DNA of 64,000 bases. Origin: Bdellovibrionales bacterium (GTDB lineage Bacteria > Bdellovibrionota > Bdellovibrionia > Bdellovibrionales > JAUICD01). Position 1 is the first letter of the stretch, and each line of letters opens with the position of its first letter. The notes beneath the pieces were generated by a model, which ran no database searches, was not told the DNA's origin, and saw only the letters and a program-made list of their open reading frames with translations. The stretch is from positions 2,503,811 to 2,567,810 of the forward strand of contig OZ241865.1 of the NCBI GenBank assembly GCA_965203275.1, written 5' to 3'. Positions 39,481 through 49,433 of the stretch are shown in pieces. Both the position numbers and the translations under genes were made by a program.

Positions 39481-39538
39481 TTGTCTTTTGGGAATTTTTC
39501 TAAAAGGTAGGAAAGAGGTATTTGGAAATTAGATTTTC

Positions 39539-39950
39539 AGTGATTTCAGCTACTTAATACTGTAACTTTTGTATAAAAGTCACAGTATTAAGTGTTTGTA
39601 ATTGTTAGACTTTTTTAGGTCGACTTTAGAAATTTCTAATTTTTCGTCTAACACAATTCTTATCGTTTATTATGACATAAAACTTTATATTTTTGTTAAA
39701 AAAATCAAAAAAAATGACATTTTGTATCAAAAAGAATCACTTTTTTAAACTTTTGTATCATCTTGAAAGACTTTACTAATCTTAAAGACATAAGATCAGT
39801 GAAATAAGTAGTCATTTTTAATTCGCGTTTTATAACTTTTAATTTGTTTGATTTTTCAAGACAATTTTCTTGCAAAAACTTGCCTGTTTTTTACTCTTTC
39901 AAATTGTGACTTTTATACAAAAGTCACAGTACTAACTTATTGAAATCACT
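39539..39950. promoter_or_regulatory. AT-rich segment bounded by 46-bp inverted repeats upstream of the pilin genes
   Basis: 39539-39584 and 39905-39950 match at 40/46 in inverted orientation; each has the core tgt(g/a)actttt-N4-aaaagtcaca. Confidence 0.7.
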
Positions 39951-39971
39951 AGGTCACTGGAAATGAACTCC

Positions 39972-39995
39972 ACCTACGTCATAAATGACGTAGGT
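39972..39995. promoter_or_regulatory. Palindrome (operator-like)
   Basis: acctacgtcat-aa-atgacgtaggt, ending 19 nt before the ATG at 40015. Confidence 0.6.
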
Positions 39996-40014
39996 ATATG
40001 GACATAATGGTGTT

Positions 40015-40299
40015 ATGGACAGATCAAATCAAAAAGGTTTTAGTTTAATTGAATTAATGGTCGTCGTGGCTATTATTGGTCTTTTAAGTGTTGTGGCAAT
40101 CCCACAATATCAAAAGTATAAAATGAAGGCTAGACAGGGAGAGGCTAAACTTTCCTTATCTACATTTTACACAATGAAAAAGGGTTTTATAACAAATGAA
40201 ATATTTGAAGTTATCGGATGGTTTTTCTTTAATAGAAGTCATGGTGACAGTGGCTATTATTGGTGTTTTAGCTACCATAGCTATTCCTCAATACAGTAG
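40015..40299 (+). pseudogene. Truncated type IV pilin (N-terminal helix only)
   Basis: [16 protein letters not shown] prepilin motif; similarity to neighbours ends at about 40195 and the remainder is an alternative frame of the next gene. Confidence 0.7.
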
Positions 40300-40903
40300 C
40301 TTTAAAAGAAAGGCCATGCAGTCAGAAGCAAAGACTCTTTTGTCAGGTATATATGCAGCAGAGATGGCTTTTATACATGAATGGAGAGCAGGTACAGTTA
40401 ATCTTGAACAACTAGGTTTTGAAATGGGGCAGGGGGAGATTACTTATATGGTAGGATGGAATCCTAAATATCGAAGTGGTGGAAATAATGCTTTACAGAT
40501 CAATGTCACAAGTCGTGCTGGACTTCAAGGTTATCGTGGACCTCTTGCTACTAGTACTAATCAAGATATAGTCAACACACACAAGCTTTGTCCATCTTGT
40601 GTGCGAGCTGGTGCCGACAAGTCTGCAACAAATACAGCTAATGCTATTGAGATACCACTTGCTCTGGTTACTCGATGTAGTGTAGGTAGAAGTCGGTCAA
40701 ATAAGACTGCTTGTGAGAACGCAGGTGGTGCTTGGAATAATTATTATAGGGCATACCGAAAAGGGGCCTATGCGGTACGTAATAACCCTAGAGGTCATAT
40801 ATATTTTGTAATTGGAGCTATTGGCAATCTTGGAGGAGGCATCGATGATGAATGGACATTAGATGTGGAAAAAAAACTTGAAAATGTAAAAAGCGGTATA
40901 TGA
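40196..40903 (+). CDS. Type IV pilin-like protein
   Basis: [25 protein letters not shown]-methylation motif; Cys pairs. Confidence 0.92.
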   Translation: MKYLKLSDGFSLIEVMVTVAIIGVLATIAIPQYSSFKRKAMQSEAKTLLSGIYAAEMAFIHEWRAGTVNLEQLGFEMGQGEITYMVGWNPKYRSGGNNALQINVTSRAGLQGYRGPLATSTNQDIVNTHKLCPSCVRAGADKSATNTANAIEIPLALVTRCSVGRSRSNKTACENAGGAWNNYYRAYRKGAYAVRNNPRGHIYFVIGAIGNLGGGIDDEWTLDVEKKLENVKSGI

Positions 40904-40928
40904 AATATATGAAAAGGAGTCAATTATT

Positions 40929-41636
40929 ATGAAACTCAATAAAGCAGGATTTTCTCTCATAGAACTTTTAGTGGTGGTTTCCATTATTGGATTATTGGCC
41001 ACTTTTGCTGTTCCACAATATCGGAAGTTCAAAGTAAGGGCTATGCAGGTGGAAGCAAAAACCATGTTGGCCAATATTTATGCTGCTGAAATATCATTTA
41101 TTATGGAGTGGGACTATGGCACGTCTAATTTTGAACAGCTAGGTTTTGATGTGAATGGAGATGTACTTTATATGGTTGGTTGGCCTACAGATCAAAGGAG
41201 TGCTGTCAATAATAATATTAACAGTACAACTCGATTATTAGGATATATGGGTCCTCTTGCTACTACGAGCAATCAAAATATAGTCAATACACATGTAGCT
41301 TGCCCAGATTGTCTTGTTCCATACGCAGGAACATCGCGTTCTGGAGGCCCCATCAAAATAACTAAAGGAATAAGAAGTGGTTCTTGTAGTATTTCATCAC
41401 ACACGACAGAAAGTGCTTGCAGAGGTGCAAGTGGAACATGGACCTCTCCTCGATCTGGTGCTTTAGCTATAGATAATCAGGGCAGTTCAGTGACGTTTAG
41501 AATAGGAGCAGTGGGTAATTTAGGGGTAATTGGTCGATTTGATTTCAACAAAGCTGAAAATGATGAGTGGACCTTAGATCACAACAAAAAACTTGAAAAT
41601 ACAGTCAGTGGACATCAGTCTCGAGTTCAGTTTTAA
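40929..41636 (+). CDS. Type IV pilin-like protein (paralog)
   Basis: GFSLIELLVVVSIIG; shares GPLAT..NQ.IVNTH and DEWTLD..KKLEN with the upstream pilin. Confidence 0.92.
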   Translation: MKLNKAGFSLIELLVVVSIIGLLATFAVPQYRKFKVRAMQVEAKTMLANIYAAEISFIMEWDYGTSNFEQLGFDVNGDVLYMVGWPTDQRSAVNNNINSTTRLLGYMGPLATTSNQNIVNTHVACPDCLVPYAGTSRSGGPIKITKGIRSGSCSISSHTTESACRGASGTWTSPRSGALAIDNQGSSVTFRIGAVGNLGVIGRFDFNKAENDEWTLDHNKKLENTVSGHQSRVQF

Positions 41637-41849
41637 TGTTGGCTAGTGAGAATAATCATATTGATATTGTAAGACTCTTAAGAGAGGCCGGAGCTACAGA
41701 ATAATACCAATTCTATATATCCTTAAGTAAGTCAAAAGCCCGGCTTAATTTTTCTAAACCCTATATTTTTTTATAACCCATACTTGACTTTTTAGATATA
41801 TGCTGTTATAAAATCAAAAATTCAAAGGAAGGGAAATTGATAGAAAGAA

Positions 41850-42423
41850 CTTTTTCCTTAACATTGTGTTAAAAAAGGAAAGGATCCTTCCTACTAAAAA
41901 TAAACGGATTTTTGAGGTATTGCTCTTTTTGGACAGCGTAAGCTGTCAGAGCAAACATCAGAAAGAACTCTTTTTCCTTAACATGGTGTTAAGAGACGAA
42001 GAGATCCTACTTACTCAAAGTGAACAGGCTTTTGAGACAATGACCATTTTGTCAAAGGCGAAAGCCGTTGCGGTCATTGTCCAAAAGTGACCAGAGGTCA
42101 GTTCACTTTGAGTGAAACAACTCAGCCTTTGATCGACGGCGAGAGCCGTCGGGCTAACTGTCCAAAAGCAACCAGAGGTTGGTTTACTTTTAGTGAAACA
42201 ATCCGGGATCTGGGATCCGGGATCGGGTAATCCGGCATCAGGTCTTAGAAAGGAACTTTTTCCTTAACATGGAGTAAAAAAACGAGGAGATCCTCCTTAC
42301 TAAAAGTAAACGGACTTTTGAGATAGCCAGCCTTTGATCGACGGCGGTAGCCGTCGGGCTAACTGTCCAAAAGTAGCCAGAGGCTAGACCACTTTTAGTG
42401 AACCAGACCAATTTTAGGGGAAC
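41850..42423. repeat. Structured repeat cluster 9
   Basis: Units end in agtgaaac; heptamers at 42202-42240. Confidence 0.95.
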
Positions 42424-42443
42424 AAACTAAATGATGATTGATT

Positions 42444-43412
42444 TTATTTAACAATGCTTTTAATAGAGATAATATCTTGATATTTTTTGAATCGATCTTG
42501 GATATCTGTTGGAGTGATCTTTTCAAGAGGATTCATTCCAAAATCTTCTACTATATAGCTAGCTAAAATATTCCCATAAACACAAGCTTGTCTTAAAAGC
42601 TTGTCATTATCTTTTTTATGGAAGTGAAAACAAGAATGAGCTAAAAAACCTAACATAGCCCCTGCAAAAACATCCCCTGCACCTGTTGTATCTACAACTT
42701 GCTTTAAAGGAAATGCAGGCAAAGAAAATAAATGCTCTTTATAATACAATAAAAAGCCATACTCTCCTTGTTTGATCACAACAGCTTTAGGACCCAGTTG
42801 ACTTAATCGATCAGCTGCTTCTGCAGAGCTGTGCACTTGAGATAAAAGCCAACCTTCTTCCTCATTGACAAATAAAATATCTACTTTTTTTAAAAGCTTT
42901 AAAAGATTTTCCCTTTGCAGTTTGATCCAAATATCCCTTGTGTCTAAAGCTATCAGAAAAGGGCTTTGAAGCTTTTGCAGAACAGCTAGCTGTAAATGAG
43001 GATCTGTGTTTGCTAAAAAAACATACTTTGATGGAAAGTCATATTTTTTAAGAGAAAGTAAAAAGTTTTGAGAATGCTGTGAAAATAAAAGACGAAACTC
43101 ATCTTCATTGACAGTCGTCACCTCTGTTAGATCTTTTTTATAAGATCCTTTCCAATGTAAAGTAGGTTCTTTTAAAACACTTACGTATGAAAAATCTACT
43201 CCTCGTTGGATAAGCCTCTGTTGATCTTCCAAAGAATAATCTTGACCTACGGAACTGGCTACAAAAATAGAATCGTGATAAAAGGTTGCTGCTAAAGCTG
43301 CATAATTAGCTGAACCACCTAAGATTTTATTTTTATTGCCAAGAGGGGTCAAAATACTATCATAAGCTAAACTACCTAAAATCAAAAAATCATTATTTGC
43401 CATTATGGCCAT
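42444..43412 (-). CDS. PfkB-family carbohydrate/nucleoside kinase
   Basis: GGSANY, NEEE and DTTGAGDVF motifs. Confidence 0.93.
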   Translation of the reverse strand: MAIMANNDFLILGSLAYDSILTPLGNKNKILGGSANYAALAATFYHDSIFVASSVGQDYSLEDQQRLIQRGVDFSYVSVLKEPTLHWKGSYKKDLTEVTTVNEDEFRLLFSQHSQNFLLSLKKYDFPSKYVFLANTDPHLQLAVLQKLQSPFLIALDTRDIWIKLQRENLLKLLKKVDILFVNEEEGWLLSQVHSSAEAADRLSQLGPKAVVIKQGEYGFLLYYKEHLFSLPAFPLKQVVDTTGAGDVFAGAMLGFLAHSCFHFHKKDNDKLLRQACVYGNILASYIVEDFGMNPLEKITPTDIQDRFKKYQDIISIKSIVK

Positions 43413-43552
43413 CCTTTTTAATTACTCAGTAAATTTCATTGGATTTCTAACTTAAGTTATTTGAAATAATCTCTTTATAGTATAATTATGATTTTTCACC
43501 ATTAACCTTAGCAATAACTTAAAAAAGATATTAAAAGATTGTTGTTAAAAAT

Positions 43553-43612
43553 AACCATTGAAACAATCATTTAAATAATCATTGAAATAATCATTTAAAC
43601 AACTATTTAAAA
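43553..43612. repeat. 12-nt imperfect tandem repeat x5
   Basis: aaccattgaaac/aatcatttaaat/aatcattgaaat/aatcatttaaac/aactatttaaaa. Confidence 0.6.
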
Positions 43613-43653
43613 ATAAATATACTCGGGGCAACCTTTAATTATTCATGTCATCT

Positions 43654-44715
43654 TCAAAGAGTGATGCCTTGCTGAGAGCCGAGTAACTGTCCACAGGCTG
43701 CATAGATATCCCGTCCCATTGTTTTGCGTAGCAATACATGGCAACCTAACTCTATAAGCTTTTTTTGAAAAGATAAAACAGAAGCATCAGATGGTCTTTC
43801 AAAACCAGAATCAGGATGTTCATTAAAAGGAATAATATTAATTTTACAGGGAATATCTTTAGTTAGCTTTCTGAGCCTATAAGCATCTTCTATACGATCC
43901 GTGATCCCTTTTAAAAGCACATATTCAAAAGTAACTTTGTCTTTGGTTTGTTGAGCATAGCTTCTACAAGCTACTAGTAGTTGAGCCATAGAATATTTAC
44001 GATTGATAGGCATAATCTGAGAGCGTACTTCTTCAGTCGTAGCATTCAAGCTGACAGCAAGTCTTGTACCTAACTGAGCTATTTTTGGAATTTGAGGTAC
44101 AAGCCCTGAAGTGGAAACAGTAATTTTTCTTTTTGAAATACTGCATCCCCAATCTGAGGTTAAAATTTCAATAGCTTTAGAGACAGCTTCTAAATTATCA
44201 AGAGGTTCACCCATGCCCATAAATACAATATTTGTAATTTTGCTCTTTACTTGTGTACTCTGCCTGTTGAGAGCCTGTTGAGCAAGTAAATATTGGGCTA
44301 TAATTTCGTAAGTAGAAAGACGTTTTAAAAGTTTTTGTTTAGCAGTAAAGCAAAATTTGCAACCTAAATTACAACCCACTTCAGAAGATAAGCAAAGGGT
44401 TAAACGTCCCTCTGAAGGAATTAAAACAGTTTCAATGGTTTTATTACGAGCAGTGTGTGTATCGGATACATCTATTAAAAACTTTTCTGTGCCGTCCTGG
44501 CTTTTGGCTTTATGGAGCATTTGAGGTAATTGAAAACTTAAAAGCGAAGATATTTCAGACCGAAAAGACTTTGATAAGTTGGTCATCTTATTGAGGTCCC
44601 AAACTTGTTTTTGATAAACCCATTTTAAAATTTGCTCTGCCCGATAGGCCTCTTTACCTAAGCCTTGAAGCAAATTTTTAAGATCATTTAAAGTTAAAGA
44701 AAAAACAGAAGTCAT
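43654..44715 (-). CDS. rlmN: 23S rRNA/tRNA adenine C2-methyltransferase RlmN
   Basis: CNLGCKFC, VFMGMGEPLDN and AACGQL motifs. Confidence 0.97.
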   Translation of the reverse strand: MTSVFSLTLNDLKNLLQGLGKEAYRAEQILKWVYQKQVWDLNKMTNLSKSFRSEISSLLSFQLPQMLHKAKSQDGTEKFLIDVSDTHTARNKTIETVLIPSEGRLTLCLSSEVGCNLGCKFCFTAKQKLLKRLSTYEIIAQYLLAQQALNRQSTQVKSKITNIVFMGMGEPLDNLEAVSKAIEILTSDWGCSISKRKITVSTSGLVPQIPKIAQLGTRLAVSLNATTEEVRSQIMPINRKYSMAQLLVACRSYAQQTKDKVTFEYVLLKGITDRIEDAYRLRKLTKDIPCKINIIPFNEHPDSGFERPSDASVLSFQKKLIELGCHVLLRKTMGRDIYAACGQLLGSQQGITL

Positions 44716-45143
44716 TGAAATACACTCTTTGATTTTTTAAGATTTAAAGCTTCATTCGCTAAACCATCAGCTTTTTTGTTGTGTTCCCTAGGAATATGCT
44801 GTAAGTCAAAACTCTTAAATTGCTCAAGAAGCTTTTGGCATTCATTAAATAAGGGAATAAGTGTTTGTTTTTTTATTTTATATTCACCTTTAAGTTGACG
44901 AATTAATAATTGGCTGTCACTTTTCAAGACAATGTGATCTGCTTGATGGTCAAGAGCTATTTTTAAACCTTTAACCACAGCTGCATATTCTGCAAAGTTA
45001 TTTGTTTTTTCACCTAGAGGTTCTGCAACTTGAGCATGCACTTGATTATCCTGATCTACAATATAAACACCAAGAGAGGCTGGCCCGGGGTTACCCCGGC
45101 TGGCACCATCAGTATAAATAAATACTTTTTCAGGCCATTTCAT
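44712..45143 (-). CDS. rnhA: Ribonuclease HI
   Basis: DGASRGNPG, TNNFAEY, DSQL and HIPRE.N..AD motifs. Confidence 0.93.
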   Translation of the reverse strand: MKWPEKVFIYTDGASRGNPGPASLGVYIVDQDNQVHAQVAEPLGEKTNNFAEYAAVVKGLKIALDHQADHIVLKSDSQLLIRQLKGEYKIKKQTLIPLFNECQKLLEQFKSFDLQHIPREHNKKADGLANEALNLKKSKSVFQ

Positions 45144-45372
45144 ATTTGAATGCTCCTTATGGTCTCTTGAAATATCTCAGTTTGTAAAATATTCCTTTTA
45201 TTTTTTCTTACACTACACATAAACTCACCTTAAGTCAAGATGGATAATATATAAAGACCGACGACCTATAATAAATAGTCTTAGATGACGACACTATAAA
45301 AAGGCTTGAATAATAAAGTAACTTTATGAGAGAATATAAGGATGCTTTAATATATTAAGAAAGGTATAAGCG

Positions 45373-48108
45373 ATGAATAAAATCTCTAAAACACAAAAAA
45401 CAAGTTACTTTACTAGTAATAACAGACAATACATAGAATCTCTTTATCAAACTTATTTGGATAATCCTAACTCTTTAGAAAAAGAATGGCAGAGATTCTT
45501 TGAAGGGCTTGAGTTTAATTTGAACCAACCTTCAACAAAAACGTCTGTTTCATCACAAACTCAAGACTTAAAAGATATTTTTCGTAATCAAGGATATACT
45601 TATGCTCAATTAGATCCTCTGAATTTAACCAATAAAGATATCAAAGAAATTTCTCAAAAACTTGGTATATCTTCTAACAAATCCAATACTCAAAATACAC
45701 TTAATGGTTCTACAGAAAAATTAAATCCATTAGAATTTTTAACTCAAACTTACTGCTCTACTCTGGCAGTACAGATGAATGACTGCACACCAGAACAAAG
45801 GGAATTTTTAATCCAAGAATTTGAAGATAAGGGTCCACTGCCTCAACTCACAACAGATCAGAAAAAAACTTTGCTTTATCAACTTATTTCTGTAGAGGCT
45901 ATGGAGAAATTTTTACATTCTCGTTTTGTAGGTATGAAAAGATTTTCTATAGAAGGCAATGACACAGGTATTATTATTTTAGAGACTATCTTGCAACAAG
46001 CCTCTATTAAGGAAATGATCGTTGGCATGACTCATAGAGGACGTATCAATGTCCTTACTAATTTTATGGGGAGAGCTATTAAAACTGTCTTAGCAGAGTT
46101 TGATGGTAAATTAGATCCTACAGAAGGCAGTCAGAGTGGTGATGTAAAGTACCATTTAGGATTTTCTACAGATCGCAAAACAGCACAAGGTCATAGTGTA
46201 CATATTTCTTTAGCTTTTAATCCTTCGCACTTAGAATCTGTAACACCTGTAGTCGCAGGCAGTACATGGGCTAAACAATTTTTACAAAATGATAAAGATA
46301 AAACTCAAGTGTTGCCAGTGATGATCCATGGGGATGCAGCTTTTGCAGGTCAAGGGATTGTTTATGAACTCTTTCAAATGGCTTCCCTTGAAGGTTATAA
46401 TATAGGTGGCATTATTCACATTATATTTGATAACCAAATTGGTTTTACAACAGATATTCAAGATGCTAGATCCACTTTGTATTCTTCTGATGTAGCTAAG
46501 GTATGTAATGTTCCTGTTTTGCATGTCAATGCAGATTCTGTGGAATCTGCTGTGCGAGCAACACAGATAGCAATTGCATATCGCAAAAAGTTTAAGTCAG
46601 ATATTGTTATTCGGCATTTAGGTTATCGTCGTCATGGGCATAATGAAGGCGATGAACCTATGTACACTCAACCTCAAATGTATCAGGTCATTAAAAATCA
46701 CCCTACTGTTTATCAGAAGTGGTCAGAGCAGTTAGCTACTGAAGGCGTGATCACATTAGAAGAAGCTCAAAAACATTATCAAAATAAAATACAACAGTTA
46801 CAAGAATTTTTAAACTCTATTAGATCTGAACCCCAAACTAAACGTATAGAAGTGATTGGAGGGGCTTGGAAAGGATTAAAAAAAGTCAATGATGATAAAT
46901 CTCAATTTGCTTATACGGAGACAGCAGCTTTAAGAATAGACATAGAAAAAACTTTTCAAGCTATCACATCTCCACCTCAAAATTTTCACTGGAATCCCAA
47001 GTTAGCAAGACAATATAAAAAAGCTTATGAGATGTATGAACGCGATCAATTGATCAATTGGTCTTTTGCTGAAATAGCAGCTTATGGTACTTTGATTTTA
47101 GAAGGCATCAATGTACGTCTCACAGGGCAAGATGTTGTGAGAGGGACCTTTTCTCATCGTCACGCCAAATTTTTTGATGTCAAAACAGGAGAGGTCTATG
47201 CTCCTCTAAGCACTTTAAATCAGGGTAAGGCAGACTTTATTGTTAAAAACAGCTTGCTATCAGAAGTTGCTGCTTTGGGCTTTGAGTATGGAGTTTCTAC
47301 AGCCAATCCTTGGATGTTGACTCTTTGGGAAGCTCAATTTGGTGACTTTGCCAATGGAGCTCAAGTGATCATTGATCAATTTATTGTCTCAGCAGAAGAA
47401 AAGTGGAATCGCATGAGTGGTATTGTTTTGCTTTTGCCTCATGGTTATGAAGGACAGGGACCGGAACACTCCAGTGCCAGGTTAGAGCGTTACCTGACTC
47501 AATGTATTAATAACAATATTCAAGTTTGTTATCCCACTACTCCTGCTCAAATATTTCATTTGTTAAGGAGACAACAAAAAAGAGACTTTAGAAAGCCTCT
47601 TATAGTGATGGCACCTAAGTCTTTGTTGAGGCATCCTCAAGTGATATCTTCTGTAGAAGAATTGTGTGATGAAAATATAGGATTTAGAGAAATTCTATCA
47701 GATGTGAGTATTTTAGATCCTCAAAAAGTCACACACCTTATTGTTTGTTCTGGTAAAATTTATTATGAGTTATTAGCTTATAAACAGCAGCAAAATTTAA
47801 AACAAGGTCCAGCTATTCTACGTTTAGAGCAGATCTATCCTTTTCCTTATTATCAGTTGAAAGATATTTTAGAAGGTTATCCTCAATTAAAACAAGTGCT
47901 TTGGGTGCAAGAAGAACCTCAAAATATGGGAGCCTTTCATTTTGTGAGTTTTTATATGCATTCTTTGATAAAAGATTTGCAATTAGAAAAAGGGTTTCAA
48001 TATGTAGGACGACCTCCTAGTGCAAGCCCTGCAACAGGATCTGCTCAAAGACATAAGATAGAACAAGAAAAAATCATCTATACTTCTGTTTCACTAAAAG
48101 TGGTCTAG
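45373..48108 (+). CDS. sucA: 2-oxoglutarate dehydrogenase E1 component
   Basis: GDVKYHLG, HGDAAFAGQG, WEAQFGDFANGAQ and GPEHSSARLER; ends VSLKVV* inside a repeat. Confidence 0.97.
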   Translation: MNKISKTQKTSYFTSNNRQYIESLYQTYLDNPNSLEKEWQRFFEGLEFNLNQPSTKTSVSSQTQDLKDIFRNQGYTYAQLDPLNLTNKDIKEISQKLGISSNKSNTQNTLNGSTEKLNPLEFLTQTYCSTLAVQMNDCTPEQREFLIQEFEDKGPLPQLTTDQKKTLLYQLISVEAMEKFLHSRFVGMKRFSIEGNDTGIIILETILQQASIKEMIVGMTHRGRINVLTNFMGRAIKTVLAEFDGKLDPTEGSQSGDVKYHLGFSTDRKTAQGHSVHISLAFNPSHLESVTPVVAGSTWAKQFLQNDKDKTQVLPVMIHGDAAFAGQGIVYELFQMASLEGYNIGGIIHIIFDNQIGFTTDIQDARSTLYSSDVAKVCNVPVLHVNADSVESAVRATQIAIAYRKKFKSDIVIRHLGYRRHGHNEGDEPMYTQPQMYQVIKNHPTVYQKWSEQLATEGVITLEEAQKHYQNKIQQLQEFLNSIRSEPQTKRIEVIGGAWKGLKKVNDDKSQFAYTETAALRIDIEKTFQAITSPPQNFHWNPKLARQYKKAYEMYERDQLINWSFAEIAAYGTLILEGINVRLTGQDVVRGTFSHRHAKFFDVKTGEVYAPLSTLNQGKADFIVKNSLLSEVAALGFEYGVSTANPWMLTLWEAQFGDFANGAQVIIDQFIVSAEEKWNRMSGIVLLLPHGYEGQGPEHSSARLERYLTQCINNNIQVCYPTTPAQIFHLLRRQQKRDFRKPLIVMAPKSLLRHPQVISSVEELCDENIGFREILSDVSILDPQKVTHLIVCSGKIYYELLAYKQQQNLKQGPAILRLEQIYPFPYYQLKDILEGYPQLKQVLWVQEEPQNMGAFHFVSFYMHSLIKDLQLEKGFQYVGRPPSASPATGSAQRHKIEQEKIIYTSVSLKVV

Positions 48109-49330
48109 CCTCTGGCTACTTTTGGGCAATGACCGCAAAGGCTTTCGCCTTTGACAAAATGGTCATTGCCTCAAAAGCCTGTTCACTTTGAGTAAGAAGG
48201 ATCCTCTCGTCTCTTGACCACATGTTAAGGAAACAAGATATTCACTCCCGGGATCCGGGATCTGGCATCCCGGGTTCCAGGAGCTGTTGCCTGTTGCCGG
48301 ATCCCGGATCCCGGATCCCGGATTGTTTCACTAAAAGTGAACTGACCTCTGGTCACTTTTGAGCTGGATCTTAAATTTATTTCTTAAATTTCAAAATCAT
48401 TGCCCTGAGACCAGACTCTTTCCCATTTATATCATTAGCTTTTACAAACCTTCATCTTATTTGGCTTTGAAATTCTGTGCTTGCAAATAAAAAATCTGGA
48501 TGCGAATGGTAATGGGCGATGACCGCAAAGGCTTTCGCCTTTGACAAAATGGTCATCGCCTCAAAAGCCTGTTCACTTTGAGTAAGGAGGATCTCTTTGT
48601 CTCTTAACATCATGTTAAGGAGTTGTTTCACTAAAAGTAAACTGACCTCTGGTCACTTTTGAGCTGGATCTTCAATTTATTTCTTAAATTTCAAAATCAT
48701 TGCCCTGAGACCAGACTCTTTCCCATTTATATCATTAGTTTTTATCACTTTTTACTCATTTGGCTTTGAAATTCTGTGCTTACAAATAAAAAATCTGGAT
48801 GCGAATGGTAATGGGCAGTTAGCCCGACGGCTACCGCCGTCGATCAAAGGCTGGCTACCTCAAAAGTCCGTTTACTTTTAGTAGGAAGGATCCTCTCGTC
48901 TCTTTACACGATGTTAAGGAGTTGTTTCACTCAAAGTAAACTGACCTCTGGTCACTTTTGAGCTGGATCTTCAATTTATTTCTTAAATTTCAAAATCATT
49001 GCCCTGAGACCAGACTCTTTCCCATTTATATCATTAGCTTTTACAAACCTTCATCTTATTTGGCTTTGAAATTCTGTGCTTGCAAATAAAAAATCTGGAT
49101 GCGAATGGTAATGGGCGATGACCGCAAAGGCTTTCGCCTTTGACAAAATGGTCATCGCCTCAAAAGCCTGTTCACTTTGAGTAAGGAGGATCTCCTCGTT
49201 TTTTAACATCATGTTAAGGAAACAAGATATTCACTCCCGGGATCCGGGATCTGGCATCCCGGGTTCCAGGACCTGTTGCCTGTTGCCGGATCCCAGATCC
49301 CGGATCCCAGATCCCAGATCCCAGTTTCCA
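48088..49330. repeat. Structured repeat cluster 10 with a 3 x ~300-nt array carrying a passenger insert
   Basis: Unit starts at 48325, 48625, 48924; inserts 48361-48513, 48661-48812, 48960-49112; block 48230-48322 recurs at about 49219-49310. Confidence 0.95.
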
Positions 49331-49336
49331 GAGGGA

Positions 49337-49428
49337 GTATTTTTTTGTTTTTTTTATTTTTAGATTCTGCGTAACTCTCAAAAAATATAAATATTATGAG
49401 TGGGAGGCGGGGGGTGGGGGTTAGGGGG
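49337..49428 (+). repeat. Second repeat family (T-tract-gattctgcgtaa...G-rich end), short copy
   Basis: Both ends match the reverse complement of 58618-58840. Confidence 0.75.
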
Positions 49429-49433
49429 CATCC

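Noticed and set aside
48325..49222. CRISPR array
   Set aside because: Period about 300 nt, inserts nearly identical rather than unique spacers, no cas genes
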